DNA from: Selaginella moellendorffii
Taxonomy: Eukaryota > Plantae > Lycopodiophyta
Assembly: GCF_000143415.4 (NCBI RefSeq)
Contig: NW_003314358.1
Span: forward strand, 134,001 to 198,000
Reading direction: 5' to 3'
Length of the DNA stretch: 64,000 nucleotides
Made by a program: the position numbers and the translations under genes. Positions 21,960-34,000 of this stretch are shown here, one piece after another (positions within the stretch are counted from its first letter, which is position 1; every line of letters starts with the position of its first letter). The notes below the pieces were generated by a model. It did not search any database. It was not told the origin of the DNA and saw nothing but the letters and a program-made list of their open reading frames with translations.

Positions 21960-22853
21960 AAATGCCCGTTCTGGGCATATGCTGTGAGCATCACATACAG
22001 CAAACGAGATTCTTAGGCAAGGCGCGATCGAAAACCATCTTAGCGGAATCCACGTCGCCCTCTTGGCCATAGGTGACGATCATGATCGTTGCCGCGACAG
22101 CGTTTTTTAGCAGCATCCCCGCGAAGAAATCAATTGCCCGAGCGAGATCCCCATTCAGGAACATGATCGTCCAGGAGAAAAGATTGGGCGATTGCGTAGT
22201 CGTTACATCTCGTGACTCCCCGACTTTCTGGAAGTCTCTGTCATGCATGAAAAGTGGAATGTCTTGCGATCTTAGCTGCATTCCAGGGATGTAAGAAATC
22301 AGCTTGTCAACTCCCTCTGGCAATCACAAGCTTGAGAACTTCCATGTTTTCTTAGCACACACTTCTAGATCGGTCGAAGCTTTACCTTTGACAGGAACCT
22401 CTCCCATCTCCAGGAGCTTTGGAACGTGGAATTCGATGGCAGCCCAAGCAGCATTTCCCGGCCAAAAGCCCAATCCTGCGTTCTTTGCAGCGTGTGGAGC
22501 ACTGAGATGGTAAAAGTCGAGACGACACACGCGACTCTGGGGCCGTCTCGATCGATCCGGGACAAGAGCTCCGCGAGTGGATCCTCCATTCGGAAGATGG
22601 CCTGAGAAAAGGCGGCCTGCGCGTCGAAGTTCTTCTCATGGAAGCCATTGGGAACTCGCAAGTCGATAGAGATGGACTCGAGGCGAATCTCGTGCCCATT
22701 ATTCACAGGATTGTCCTCGGCTCTTCCAGGATTGCTGCAAAGTTTCGTGGTCACAGTGACTCCGAGGAGTGCGATCTTGCGGGCGAGATAGATGATTAGA
22801 ACTTCCCTGTGCTGGAAGTGGGATTGAAGTGTCGAGAGAGAGCCCATGAACAA
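21960..22853 (-). pseudogene. Second UGT fragment fused in frame to an abridged PPR fragment
   Basis: UGT pieces IIYLARKIALLGV, MEDPLAELLSRIDRDGPRVACVV, FWPGNAAWAAIEFHVPKL, intron, ISYIPGMQLRSQDIPLFM run directly into PPR text PNLFSWTIM...GDVDSAKMVFDR. Direct repeat of 20137-20600; 22905-23080 repeats 20785-20940. Confidence 0.85.
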
Positions 22854-23779
22854 AGAAGAAACTTTTCAAAAAGGAAGTTTTGATGGATCGTTTGAGATAT
22901 CAGCAAGATTTATTTGATTTAAGATAGATTTGAGTTTATAAATGTTTTTAATTCCTTATGAGAACCTTTAAGGCTTTTAAAACCTTTAACCTCAAATGGG
23001 GTAGTTTTTTTAGCAAAATCCCATTTGTTTGGTTGTTTATCAAATTCCTTTTGTTAAAAATTATCAGCTTGCATTCTTTGACAAAATATTCTCAAGGAGT
23101 TTAAAAAGGATCAATATAAAAAAGTTTATCAGCCTTATGAAGAGTTAGTTTAAAGATTTTGGATTTGTAAAAACGATTGAAGTTTTTTTGGGATTTGTGA
23201 ATTATTCACAATACAGGGTTATGAATTTAAAGAGACTCTGACTAAGTTATCACTCATTTTAAGTCATGATATAGTATTAAATTCACCCTAGATGCAACAA
23301 CACTACCTAAATTGGATTGCAATGGAAATAAAAGTAAAATAATCTTTGACATGAATAATATTGTATACTGTCTCACTAATTTATCTTGGTCAAGAAGGTT
23401 AGGAAGGATCAATCAGCATATATGTAATACCCTTTATGATGTAAGGAGAATTGATGACTACAAAATCATAGATAATGGTTAGGCATATCACTTGATCTAG
23501 TAAAAAAACTTAAGCTCCCTACAGCTCACAATCACAAGTGTAATGAGGCCAAATGCAAATGATCAGCTGAAAGAAGGGTATGGAATTGAAAATTTATATA
23601 AGTTTTGGAAAGTTTTTAGTTCTTAGGGAAGATTGGCTTTATAAGAATGTGGCAATTATTAACTTTAGGAATCACATTGTTACTTTTAAGTGTAGTGAAT
23701 TAAGTTGGTGGCACAGATTTCAATATCCACATGATATATAGGATCCATTATAAATAAATAATAAAAACAGAATAATATT

Positions 23780-24775
23780 TATCACGATGGAACACTAACA
23801 CTCCTTTCAACTTCAACAGAGTGGATCTTACAGGCACTCACGAAGCATCCCAGTTGGAAACAAATAGCATTATACTTATGATCTCCTCAGCATCATCCAA
23901 GTGTGTATATCCACTTACAGGACGAGCGCCCTCTTGTATTCACCTGCCTGTAGCCAAAGGCAATGAAATTTTCGTCAAACTCGTGGGTGTGCTTATGTGC
24001 TCTATCAGGAGACACGCTCTTCAGTTCACTTTCACCATTTTGACCACTCGAGTGTCCAAGCGACTGGAATGGCTTCACGGTACGAAGTTTCGATTTAATC
24101 CCGTTTAAACAGAATAATATTTAGCACGATGGAATTGCGAGCAACACTAACCCTCCTTTCAACTTCAACAGTGTGGATCTTGCAGGCACTCACGAAGCAT
24201 TCCCAGTTGGAAACAAATAGCATTATACTTATGATCTCCTCGGCATCATCCAAGAGCCCACAAAAACACCTATCAAGCAGCATAGTGATCTCACTTGGGA
24301 CTTAGATCATAGTCAGAAACCATTGGAGCCAAAGCGTCTCTAGCAGGCATTACCAGCCCAAGGTGGCAGCAAGCCATCAAAAGGCCCATGAAACTCTTGA
24401 GATTCAAGACTTTAAAGAGCTGAATGGACACAGTAGATTCTGGGCAAACGATACAATAAGAATGGTCCTACTCATGATGTTTGGCTGTAAACAGCATCTA
24501 AACAATGCCAAGCATCGTCCAAGTGTCCATTTTGCCCGTACGCTCCGATCATGCAGTTCCTTTAGAACTTCTACAGTGTCAAACAAGCACTTTGCTTCGC
24601 ATACATGCCCTCGTTCGGCATATGCAGTGATATAGAATCTCGTAGAACTCTTTGATGTCAGCATACTGAAATTTTGACGAGATGCCGGACAAAGATGTGG
24701 TATCCTGGAATGTCGCAGTAGCGGTATATGTGCTGTCTGGGCACCAAGCTTTTGTTTGAGAGAATGGCTTGCGCT
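23780..24775. pseudogene. Mosaic of PPR/E-domain fragments, including a local ~120-bp duplication and a fourth abridged piece of PPR 13317-15521
   Basis: 23780-23900 repeats 24125-24255 (LDDAEEIISIMLFVSNWECFVSACKIH on -). ITAYAERGHVCEAKCLFD on -. 24631-24773 on + matches parent RISWNSLMSAY/FDEMPDKDVVSWNVAVAVY/KLLFERMAC. Confidence 0.8.
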
Positions 24776-25020
24776 TGAAACACCATGACGTGTGAGATTT
24801 CCCTGATATTGTGAAGACCGAGGCATGGGTCAGGCTTCCCAGGTAAGCTTCCCTCTGGATCTTGGGATAAATATCATAAGTTTAATTCCCAAACTACAGG
24901 TTAAATGAATGAAAATGCTAAGAAAATAAGTAGTGCCATATGGATTCGCTATTTTCTACGAGGTAATCTGCATTCTCATGTAAAAAGAATAAGTAATACA
25001 TGTCAAGCTCAAGCTCCGAA

Positions 25021-27686
25021 TCATCTCCGTACGAATGCCGGTGGCAGCCTCCTCTCAAGCGCTCTAATCAGTGCTCTTTTGCTCCACTTCGCCACCTCCT
25101 CCTCCCCTTCCAGACCGCCACCGCCACCGCCACCACTCACCGCCACCTTGAGCCGACTCACAGCCTCCACAAGCTGCCCCCGCAGTCTCTGCGACAGCAA
25201 CACTCCGGCGCACGACACACACTCCTTGTAGAGCGGCAAATACGCCACCGTCGCCTGGAGCTGGAGCGGCAAGTCCTGGAGGCTGAGCGGCGACGACCCA
25301 CGCTTGAGCGCGCGCATAAAGTTGACGTGGTGCCGGGCCCCAATTTGCCGCCCCGCGGCAAATGCTGCAAGCGACCACTCCTCAGCCAGGAAATCCCGCA
25401 GCTCGAGCGTCACCCCCTCCTCCTCGGCGGCGGTGGCGATGGCGTCGGCCACGCGGTACGTCTCGTCGGGATTGCCCAGGAAATCGGCGTGGAGGAGAAA
25501 CGCGATGCCCTTGAGCGATCCCGCGCTGCGTTCTCCGGCGGCCTTGAGGATCTCCCCGCTCAGAGTGTCGAGGACGTGGGCTGGGACGTGGTCGAGGAGG
25601 TATGCCGCGGCGTCGATCCGGCTGCTGGAGGCGGCGGCCGTGAGAGCGAGGCAGAGCTCCATGTCTTTGCAGCCGCGGGTGACGAACCATTCTACCACCT
25701 CGAGGGATCCTCGCTCCGCGGCTCGCATCAAGGGGCCGAGGAAGGAGGTGGCGCTGCCTTCGTGGACGAGGCACTCCATGGTGCCGAGCTTGCAGTAGTG
25801 GGAGGCGAATCCCAGGGCCAAGTCCACGTCCAGCTCCACGCTATTTCGCTGGGCTATCTGTGGAAGAACAAGGAAGAAAACCATTGTTTGTCACTTGATC
25901 TCCACAAACAAGAGCTAAACAACACACACACACAGATGATCGAATCACGAAGAAAAGAGAGGAGAGCTAAGAACAAGACGATCGATCGAATACGAAGAGA
26001 AGAGAGAGAAGAGCTAAAGAACAAGATGATCGATCGATGAGAGAGAGAGAAGAAGAGCTAGAGAACAAGATGAATCACAGAGAGAGAGAGAGAGAGAGGA
26101 GCTTGACGATCGATCAGAGGAGAGAGAAGAGCTAAAGAACAAGATGATCGATCAATCAGAGAGAGAGAGAAGAAGAAGAAGAGCTAGAGAACAAGATGAA
26201 TCACATAGAGAGAGAAGAGCTAGGATGACTATCGATCACGAAGAGGAGAGAGAAGAGCTAAAGAACAAGATGATCGATCAGAGAGAGCTAGAGAGAGAAT
26301 GGTTTACCTGGAGGAGGATTCGCACGAGCTCCGTGCTCCCAAACCGGGCAGCCTCGAGGAAGCACTGGTTGACGTTATCGGCGCCACCCTCGAGCAGCAG
26401 CCCCAGCAGTCCTTGCATGGCGCTGGCGGCGATGCCAGTGGCCCAGCCCGGATCGATGGCGCTCGAGAAGAGCGTCAGTGGGAAGCACGCCGCGTCGAAC
26501 GCCTCGGTGTAGTCCTTGCCGCTCAGGTTGCCACCCGCGAGGCCCAGGAAGTGCTTGAACGCCATGAGCTGGAGCCGCGACTCGTGCATCGAGTTCTGGA
26601 TGATCTTGTTGTACTCGGCACCCTGCGTGGCTTTGCCCCGCGAGTGCGAGCCGATGCATCGCAGCGCCCACTCGGTGAATCTCTGCACCTTGGCCGCCGC
26701 CTCGGCCTTGAGTTCTTCGTCACCATTACACTCCTGGAGCCTGTCTCGCAATCTACGCACGAAACGAACGTTAAATCACAGGCTAAATGCTAAGAAACTG
26801 TCGAGAAGAAGAACACCACCTTGGAGAAGAAAGGAAACTATCAAAAACTATCGAGACCTTGGAGAAGCTCTCGGGAAAAGAAACTATCGAAAAACTATCG
26901 AGAAGAAGAACGAGAAGCTCTCGGGAAGAGGAAACTATCGAAAACAATCGAGAAGAAGAACACCACGCTGGAGAAGAGCACGACAGCTTACCTTTGTGCC
27001 ATAACTGTGACCGTGTCGGCCAAGCTCATCGTCCGGCTCCTACACGCCGAGACGCACGACGCCAGGAACGACGTTCTCAAAGTTGCCCGAGTGTAGTCAT
27101 TCGCGCCGGCCCGGATGATCTTCTCGATCAGCCGAGTAGCCCCCGAGAGCTCCTCCTGCGTGCTTAGAAACCACACCGAGTCGAGCGCGATGCAAAGCCC
27201 ATCGTTGAGCCGCTGCGTGTCGGCGCGCTGGATGTAACTCTCGGCCAGATCCCAGCTGTGAGCGCTCACCGCCTGCTGGAAGCTCCGGCCGAGCTCCACG
27301 CGCTCGCGCTTGTGGACTCTCCGTCCTCTATCCTGTTCTTCCACAGCCTCTTCTTCTACCTGTTCGTCCTCGTCCTGGTAGAGCTGCGCGCTACACCGGC
27401 TGCAAGTCCCTCGATCCTGTCCAGAGCTGCTGCTAGCACTAGAGATCTTCCGCTTCTCGGGGCTTCTCACGAGAGGAAGAACGTCTCCCGCATTCTCTCC
27501 TTGCGGGTTTCCTCCGCCATGAAAGACGTGGGAGTGAGAAGCTTGGTGGTGGTGATAGACTTGATGGTGGTGGTGGTGGTGATCGTGGCCAAGTTGGTCG
27601 CTGGAACCGGGCTCCAAATCCATGGAGACCACCTCCACCGATTCCAATTCCTCCTGGCTACACCCATCCGAGCCTGCCCTCTTCAT
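25021..27686 (-). CDS. SKIP35: Ankyrin-repeat protein, SKIP35-like; 3 exons (27686-26992, 26752-26308, 25857-25021)
   Basis: Conserved blocks LDSVWFLST, RATLRTSFLASCVSACRSRTMSLADTVTVMAQR|LRDRLQECNGDE, FDAACFPLTLFSS, FLEAARFGSTELVRILLQ|IAQRNS, LYKECVSCAGVLLSQRLRGQLVEA. Canonical splice sites in frame. Confidence 0.9.
25930..26980. repeat. Purine-rich tandem minisatellites filling both SKIP35-like introns
   Basis: Intron 2: recurring GAGCTAAAGAACAAGATGATCGATC with (GA)n. Intron 1: recurring AAACTATCGAGAAGAAGAAC. Confidence 0.8.
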
Positions 27687-28284
27687 CTCCAAGGATGGAT
27701 TCTTTCACCTTCCACTCTCTGGAAAACTGATACCCTAGCTACTCCTCGATTCGTCCTGTCTACAAACTCACATAGTTCCAGCCGAGTGTGATCTTCGCGA
27801 ATTCCATGACCCCGAGCTCTGGATTTGGAGACAAAAAGAGAGTGCTCATCAGGAACCAAGAGAAAGTATTTAAGAGAAAAAGAAGGAATGGAAATCGAAG
27901 AACACTACCTTTGTAGATAGATCGCTCCTCCAGCCCTCCAGGGAGAGAGTGAGAATGGAGCCCTTTTGTTCGATGGAGAGAGATACGCGACTGTAGCGCG
28001 AGCGCTACCTAGGCATTTTGGATTTTCTCAGTTATGGGGATTGAGCTACTTGGACAGCCATACCGTACCGGTACGGCGGGCATAGAATATGTGGGACATA
28101 TGCCCAGAATGGGCATATGCGCCACCTTTTGGGAGGCTCGCAACTATGGTGTTCTATTACTTCCTGGAACGAGCAAGAGAGTGGGCCTGTGAAAACGAAA
28201 GGCTTTTTGATTTCACTTATCTCTTTCGATTTGTACTGCTATCGAGCGAGCAATGGCGAGGTTCGTCGCTGGATCACTTTGGGA

Positions 28285-29205
28285 TCACTTTGGCCGGCGA
28301 CGATCCGGATAGAAGATGTCGTCCAGGCCCGTCTTGATGGATCCGGCCACTCTTGACAAGTTGTGTCCAACGGCTGTTGCTATCAATCCCGCGGTTCGGA
28401 AAAACCTGCGAGGAAAAAGAGAAGTTTTGCCGATCGAAACGAGAAGAGCAAATATCCAGTGCTAACCTCGTCGCAAATTCATCGCTCCGAGTTGGTCCAG
28501 CAATTTGAGGACGGTGGCTGGGAGGAGGAGGAGGAGGAGTCTGTGGTACTGCTACACGAGGACCTGTGACAACAACGGAAGAAAAACGCAAGAATCAGTC
28601 TCTCAGCACGAAACGTTTCTCCTTTCCTGACCTTCGTGAGCATCGGCTTGGTCCGAAAGTTGGCCCGGCATTTGTCCAGGAACTGTTTGATGAGCATGCT
28701 GTGGAGCTTTTCTGGGATCCAAGAGTTGCATCTATGGCACGAAAACTCGTGAGGAAGAGAAAGAAGAACAAAGCCAAACAAAACTCACCTCAATTCCCAG
28801 GCAAGCAGGCAATTCAACCCGTCTATCCTGGCCAGCTCCAGCAGGAGTGCTTTGCTTGTACACGGAGTATCCAAGACACGCGTACTTAAACTCAAAGAGT
28901 CTCTTCTCATCGTTGAGCGCTTCTAAGTGAGGATTATTTCCCTTGTAAGCTGGAAGAACAAAACAAGGAGGAGATAAGTCGCTGGAAATAAGCTCTCACT
29001 CACCTTGCTTCTCGGAGCGCGACAACCCCACACACAGTGGATTCCGGCCATTCTCCTTGCGATAGCTCGAGTGATACAAGCATCCAGTGCAGCTTTTCCC
29101 GCTCCTAATCACCGCCGGGCGATCGATTGGCCTGTCCAGAGAAGAGGCGCTGTTGCTATTGCTATTGGTGCTAGTGCTGCTCTCGGTGTCCTCATCCTTC
29201 ATCAT
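28285..29205 (-). CDS. Conserved plant uncharacterised protein with KSCxGCLY..S / FKYACxGYS / ELPxCxG motifs; 5 exons
   Basis: Spliced reading GKSCTGCLYHSS...NPLCVGLSR / FEFKYACLGYSVY...VELPACLGIE / MQLLDPRK... / GPRVAVPQ...DEFATR / FFRTAGLIATAVGHNL...DDIFYPDRRRPK*. A tiny upstream exon (ATG at 29260) is possible. Confidence 0.85.
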
Positions 29206-30088
29206 CTTGCTCGGCGCCCTGGCGATGGCATACTCCCGATGGATCGATCGCTTACCTCATCCCTACTGCGCTAGCCCGCGCCTCTCGCATTCCGGGCAAA
29301 ACAGGAAGACCTAAATTCCGTCGCAGAGGTTCGAACCCCACTTTAGTTGTGTAATTATCTTAGTCTTTTAGTGCTCTTTGTGAAACATGAGCGAAGATGC
29401 AAGTTGGATAGTTGCAACTGCCTTTGGCATCTTCTTTGTTGTCAATATCATTGCCATTGCTTTGATATTGTGGCTGTGATTGTGAATTTGCATTGTATGA
29501 TATGTAGTTACCATGTGGAAGTTAAAGGTGTTTTTCCTCCAGCTAGCAGAAGTTTGGCTAGAGTAAAAGAAATTGTGAAGGACTAATTCTAGGGGTGTGA
29601 GAAAACTTTCTTCCTGATTTTCTAGGGTAGGGAGTTCACATAAAAAAGATGTTTTGAGTTGGATTTCATAGTATATAAGTGTTCTCCCCACTGTTGAGAG
29701 ACAACATGTGAAAAAGGGTGGATTATTTTTGGTTTGGTTGTGTGGTAATGAATATATTTAGAATATCTTTGGAAATTTTAGGATATTTTACATTTTAGAT
29801 TAATTATAAACATGTTTATAATTTATAAACATTTCTAAGCACATTTTAGTTTATTCTATCATCTAATGGTTGATATTCAATAAGATTAATCTTGTGTTTA
29901 TAAATTATGAACATAATTGGATTAATAAATAAGAATAATACTACTATTAAGAAAACCAAGCATTGCTGCATACAATGTGCAGCAAATTATTTTATATAAA
30001 CCCTTCAAAATCTATCTAACTTTGAAAACATAATTGTTCCTTTACCAAAAAAAGAAACATAATTAAATTATTAACATATTTTACAAAC

Positions 30089-31006
30089 TTAATAATAGCA
30101 TGTTGTTTTAGTTGACCATACACTTATAGGTGGTTTTCCATCTTTGGAAAGAACAAGGTTACAATCTATTTGGAGAGCAAGTATTGATGGTTCAACACAT
30201 TTAAAGTTTCTACAATATGTTCCTGTTGAGAATAAAGCTTTAGAATCAAATGCAGAATAAAGAACTAAATTTCCATCTTCTTGTAATCTTAATTTATAAT
30301 CAAAACTTAATCCATTAGTTCCAGTAACCCATAAAACTATAGTTTTATAATATAAAACAGTATTACAATCCTCTTGTATTATAAACACATATGCTTTATA
30401 TAGATGTATTAAAAACTCACCTGAATGACGAGTGGATATATGCATCCCCTTATACCCACTAAGTAGTGTACTTTTAAATAAGTTACAAAATTTAAAAGGA
30501 AATGAAATTAAATGAATGTTAGAAGAAGATGTTATCATACGTGCATAGTTACGTATTGTATAAAGTACTGAGAAAACACCAAGATCATCTTGAGCAATAA
30601 CAGTTATAAGATGTGATGCTCTTAAGTTATCAGCAGTATGATATATTTCCCCAGCAACAGTCATTAATAAATGACTAACAGCATCATTATTAACTACACG
30701 AATTCCATGATCATTTATTGGACAATTAACACTAGCAGAAAAAATGACGAATACCATATCAATTATAACTGGTTCACCATTTGAAATACCAGTTGAAAAA
30801 AATGAATGGAAAACAGAATGTTCTGATGTAGTTCCATGTGATGGTAGCCATTGACCTATAAATGCTGTTAGGCTTATCATAATATTTAAAAACCCTATTG
30901 GAAGAGCATTGGATGTTCCATAATCTTCATAATGAAATACATTAGGTGCATAAGCGATTTGAGAGAAAATAATGAAAATACAGAAAAATAAAGTAAAACT
31001 AATCAT
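30089..31006 (-). CDS. Secreted protein with an unknown N-terminal region and a C-terminal bulb-type (GNA) mannose-binding lectin domain
   Basis: Hydrophobic signal peptide; three QxDxNxVxY-type motifs (QEDCNTVLY, QEDGNLVLY, QIDCNLVLS); W-x-T motifs; intronless and very AT-rich. Confidence 0.8.
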   Translation of the reverse strand: MISFTLFFCIFIIFSQIAYAPNVFHYEDYGTSNALPIGFLNIMISLTAFIGQWLPSHGTTSEHSVFHSFFSTGISNGEPVIIDMVFVIFSASVNCPINDHGIRVVNNDAVSHLLMTVAGEIYHTADNLRASHLITVIAQDDLGVFSVLYTIRNYARMITSSSNIHLISFPFKFCNLFKSTLLSGYKGMHISTRHSGEFLIHLYKAYVFIIQEDCNTVLYYKTIVLWVTGTNGLSFDYKLRLQEDGNLVLYSAFDSKALFSTGTYCRNFKCVEPSILALQIDCNLVLSKDGKPPISVWSTKTTCYY

Positions 31007-34000
31007 TGATAGACACTATCTGGATAAATTAATTCTCATTTTATATTAGTGTTTAAAAACAGTTTCTTATTAACAGATGTTTGATTTTTGTTAAACAATA
31101 TTTATATTATATTTAAATAAATAAATGAGATTAGGTTTAATCCTAAGAATACTTGCTAAGACATGGTAAAAAGTGCAAAACTACCCTTCTAGTCAGGAGG
31201 AGAATAACTAAAATGAACATATAAAGCCTAAAGCAAGTAATAAAAAAAAAAAATTAAATCATAGGAATCAAAAGGCATAGTTAAGGGTGGCTATATAAGT
31301 TGGGAGTGGAGAATTAAATGAGTACTTAAAAGTGTTGCTATTAACAATTATAATACCATAAAAAGTCTAAAGTATAAAACTGTCCATGTTAGACTATATG
31401 GTAATTAGAAAGTTTGCGAAATAAGAGGTCTTAGCAAGTTAAAGGATAGAATCCCTTTAATATTCCTGAAGAATTTTTTAGGTAGGTTAGTATCTAAATA
31501 TGAATGGTTCATAGAAATATGCAAAATTAGAATGGCATAGTAGAATTGCAGTCTTGAAGCTTGCCATGAGGCGAGGCTATTAAGGTTGGAGAATTACCTC
31601 TTAAGTGTTCAAAGAGATGGCTTTGAATGAAAGTTGATGTTTACATGTTTATGCATAAAGCCATGTTATATTGATTAGGTCACTTGCTAAATGAGATTGG
31701 CAAGTTGAAAGAACAAAAACCCTAATTGAATGTGTTAATTTCAAAAGGGATGGCCCATAAGGCCAAACATGGAAGAGTTCATGCATGATTATAGACTTGT
31801 GAAGTGAGAACACTTGTAAGTTCGAAAGAATTAAGTTCCTAAGCTGTAATCCATAACATATATTGAGTATAATTTGGTGCACTAACGTGGGGAGTCATGC
31901 CAGACATCCTTAAGGATGCCACTCGTAAATGCATATGTGAAGGTTACTCTTTAGTGCTTGGGTTCGAGTCCCAACTCACTAGGACGTGGTGATGGTTTGA
32001 AATATGAAAACACTCATTTTTTGGTAGTTATAGACTCTTAGTAAAAAGGCTAACTTGGGTACATTTCCAATAGAGTCATGATGCATAGTTAAATTACTTA
32101 ATGTGAAAGCTTGACATATTTAATTTAAACACTTTGGTGCAAATGGCACCAAACATGTGGTGAATGAGATGGGGACACCCAGTCTTAATTGCTATGAACC
32201 CTTGGTCAAAAAGGCTACACTGCCAAGTGTGGGGGATACCCCCGGGATCATAGTCAACAACTTAAGACCTAACACTTATTAGCAAATTTGTTAAGGTGTC
32301 AAAGTGAGATCGCTAGGTGATATTATGGCTAAATAAGGATGAGGTCTTTATAAGGGTAAAGAATGAAGTTCTTAATATAAAGTATTGATTTGAATTATTG
32401 GTAATGGTGTGACTTATTCAAGGTGACCAAGTGGGAAAAACACATAAGAGAAATGAACTGCAATATTATAATGATATTGAGAATCTAAGAAAATAGTCTC
32501 TAAAGACGTATAGATGGTTGCAAGGTTGGGCTATTGATAGAGTCCACAACAGAAAATGTTAAGGAGACTTACTAAGGGTGAACACCTTATAAACTTGGCA
32601 AAAGTAAGCATTTGCTATAAAATCGAAAGGATATCTTGAGGATGGAGGTAGTGATTTTATATTGCTTGATGCAACAATTAAAGGATAGGAACAAAAAACT
32701 AGTGGCCAAGAATGGGCTATGGAAAGAATCATTGGAAAGAATCCAAATAGCAAAACTAAGCGATGAACACTCATATGTTGGATGTTAACAGATTGTGGGA
32801 AACAAGATATATTTCAAAGAATGAATTCTTAAATGCTTTAATTTCGCAAAGGTAAAAGCTCCAAGGATGGAAACTGCAAGATAGCTAAATGATAAAGCCA
32901 TAAATAGCCCTAATATAAATTATGAATAAGTGGAACTTAATACCAAGGGTGGCACGAAATAAAAGAGAAGATGATGGTGCCCTTAAATTAGGATGGGGAA
33001 GTGGAGTTTGCATAATATGTGCAGTGTAAGGTGTCGAAGACATTTAAGAAATTGACTTGAGAAATCAAAATTAAAGTTCCAAAATATGATAGTTATGTTG
33101 ATAGAAGTTGAGACTACTTGGGAATGAATAGTAAGATTGAGATAAAGAAGATGTCTTTAACAAGTTTAAGGAGAACTAAAGAAACATAAGGGAAGATCAC
33201 TACATGTGATCAAATATCTCTAAGTTGGAGAGACTATACTCTTTAGAGGATGGGCAATGCATGGTGAGCCTTCGATGTTAAACCTTTGACAAATATTAGC
33301 TTGGTGTTAAGGATGAAAATGGTAATACATGATAGTGTTACTTTATAAAATGGTTTATCGTTCGATGAGAATATCAAACTTCGTCTATGGGTGGTGGAGT
33401 TGTGAGACATAAATCCTTGAGCCCCAAAGTGGAGCTGAAAAGGTGCCATATAATAATGGTTAAAGTGGAAGTCCAACAATCATAATATGTTTGGACTAAA
33501 AACTCCAACTTGGAAAGTCAAGAGCGGAAATGGAACTCCAAACAAAGTGTTTGAAGAATGAGCATGAAACAATCAGTGAATGAGTCTTTAAAAAGGGACA
33601 GAAGAAAGACTGACACATGGTAAATATCATAACACATGGAAGTGTTAGGAATAAGTTTGAAAAGGAGTCTGAGAAGGTGTTCGAGATGGACTCTAAGGAG
33701 TTTGAGATGGACTTTGAGAAGGAGTTCGAGAAAGAGTCTAAAAAGGAGCCCAAGAAGGAGTTTAAGAAGGAGTCCAAGATGGACTTTGAGAAGGAGTTCA
33801 AGAAAGAATCTAAAAAGGAGTCTGAGATGGACTATGATATGAGATAGACCCGAAATGGAGTTGAAGATGGACCCAAGATGGACTTAAGATGGAGTTTAAG
33901 ATGGACTTGAGATAGAGTCCAAGGTTGAGTCCAAGATGAATCTGAGATGGAGTCCGAGGTTGAGTCCAAGATGGAGATTGAGACTGGATCTGAGGTTGAG

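Noticed and set aside
25000-26040. 346-aa + strand ORF and similar antisense ORFs over GC-rich genes
   Set aside because: Shadow ORFs opposite well-supported coding exons.
29368-29691. 107-aa - strand ORF
   Set aside because: Non-ATG start, no recognisable motif, AT-rich context.
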